Source: a virus. Taken from it: a stretch of 64,000 bases of DNA. The position numbers and the translations under genes are program-made. This document shows positions 62,940 to 64,000 of the stretch, piece by piece (positions within the stretch are counted from its first letter, which is position 1; every line of letters starts with the position of its first letter). The stretch lies in the IMG/VR virus record IMGVR_UViG_2551306471_000001, positions 2,242 through 66,241 of that record. One strand, written 5' to 3'. The notes below the pieces were generated by a model. It worked only from the letters and a program-made list of their open reading frames with translations, did not search any database and was not told the origin of the DNA.

Positions 62940-63272
62940 ATGACCGAGCGCGAGACCCTGACCCTGGTCCGGCTCGCCCCGGTGTTCGAGGCGCACGCCG
63001 TCCCGGCCGGGGACCGCCCCTTCCTCTACCGGGCCTTCGACCGCCTGATCGAGGATGACTACGACAACGAGACCGTTGCCGGCGCCGTCGCCAACGGGGT
63101 CGTGGGCGCCGACGCCTACGAGGACCTCCTGCAGCAGCACGACCGAGGGCACCGTCGGAACCGTGCCTGGTTCCGTGCGCAGGCGTTCGAGGACGCGGTC
63201 CCGACCCGGCGAGGCCGCGCCCTGCTGCGGGACCTAGTGGCGGTCAACCCCGACTGGCAGGACCCCGCATGA
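62940..63272 (+). CDS. Hypothetical protein
   Basis: Coupled. Confidence 0.6.
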   Translation: MTERETLTLVRLAPVFEAHAVPAGDRPFLYRAFDRLIEDDYDNETVAGAVANGVVGADAYEDLLQQHDRGHRRNRAWFRAQAFEDAVPTRRGRALLRDLVAVNPDWQDPA

Positions 63273-63505
63273 CCGTTGCCGCCCGCCAGGCGCTGCGGAT
63301 GCCGGACCTGTCGGCGGTCCCGGCGCCGCTCGCCCAGCTCGCGGAGTGGCACCGGGCCGCCTGCCGCGTCGCGGAGCGCCACGGCCTCAACATGGGTGAC
63401 CCGGCGGACCACCCGCGCATCGCCGCCCTCATGGGGTGGACCCTGGGCGAGGTGGCCGGCCATGCCGCGCGCCGGGAGGGCGCGCCCCCCTTCCTCGCGC
63501 GCTAG
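63269..63505 (+). CDS. Hypothetical protein
   Basis: ATGA overlap. Confidence 0.5.
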   Translation: MTVAARQALRMPDLSAVPAPLAQLAEWHRAACRVAERHGLNMGDPADHPRIAALMGWTLGEVAGHAARREGAPPFLAR

Positions 63506-64000
63506 GGGCCGGGGGGCGCGAACTTGATGTGCGCGTCCTCGGGGAACTCCTGGGCGTCGAGATACTCGATGACGCGGGCCTCCAGGTCCGACGCCGTCTC
63601 CTCGCGCGGCTGCTGCTTGAGCGCCCACCCCCGACCGGGATGGAGCACATCCCACATCGGCACCAGGCCGGCGCGGCGGCCGCCGCCCGGATCGTGGTTT
63701 CCGAAACCGTCGAGCATGCGGTTCCAGACCGGCTGGAACTTGCCGATCAGCAGCGTCTCGCCCAGGGGTATCCAGATGTCGTCGACGACGAGCCAGCGCG
63801 CCGCGAAGTCGTCAATGTCGAGGTTCTCCGCCGCCACCACGCTCTCGGCGTGCTCGCGCAGGCGGTTGTGCAGGAATCGGCCCCGGATCTCGGAGAAGAC
63901 CGAGGCCCCGCGCCGGCCGCCCGAGGGGATGGCCTTCCCGATGTAGATCGGGATGGTCCATGCCTCGGCGTTCGCCTCGGCCAGGCGCGCGTATGCGGGG
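63502..64000 (-). CDS. Eco29kI-family GIY-YIG restriction endonuclease (5' end beyond window)
   Basis: PIYIGKAIP.GGR.G, RLREH, WIPLGETLLI, WN..LDGFGNHDPG.GR and WDVLHPGRGWA motifs. Confidence 0.9.
   Translation of the reverse strand, partial: PAYARLAEANAEAWTIPIYIGKAIPSGGRRGASVFSEIRGRFLHNRLREHAESVVAAENLDIDDFAARWLVVDDIWIPLGETLLIGKFQPVWNRMLDGFGNHDPGGGRRAGLVPMWDVLHPGRGWALKQQPREETASDLEARVIEYLDAQEFPEDAHIKFAPPGP

Larger units (their letters stand above)
14402..64000. mobile_element. Lambda-like siphovirus prophage integrated at tRNA-Lys; extends beyond window
   Basis: att fragment, integrase, complete head, tail, packaging and lysis gene sets. Confidence 0.92.

Overview
Very GC-rich alphaproteobacterial DNA (Methylobacterium-like by composition and gene content; inference), entirely accessory. 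A 50-nt 3' fragment of tRNA-Lys(CTT) at 14402-14451 (minus strand) is an att junction. To its right, to the window edge, lies a lambda-like siphovirus prophage: tyrosine integrase, Cro/XRE HTH genes, a minus-strand morphogenesis block (TerS, gpA-type TerL, portal, protease/scaffold, gpD/gpE-like capsid, tail tube, chaperone, tape measure, Dit/hub, fibres), an AEP/RepB-type primase, a plus-strand lysis cassette, a Rha/antirepressor gene, a Lon-like AAA+ module and the 3' part of an Eco29kI-type endonuclease. To its left (about 1.7-14.4 kb) lies a sibling element with no head, tail or integrase genes. It carries paralogues of the prophage primase and a syntenic copy of a six-gene HTH-like/Lon-like AAA+/three small/secreted-protein module. 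The window starts in a HigB-like/HigA-ImmA pair followed by IS3 and terminase scars. The strongest unexplained signals are the duplicated six-gene module, a fixed-geometry late-promoter motif in six full copies, a 28-bp motif plus hairpin in three copies, LexA-type and CtrA-type boxes at switch positions with no CI in view, and a lysis-cassette protein resembling the tape-measure N-terminus. All family calls are by motif recognition; no database searches were run.
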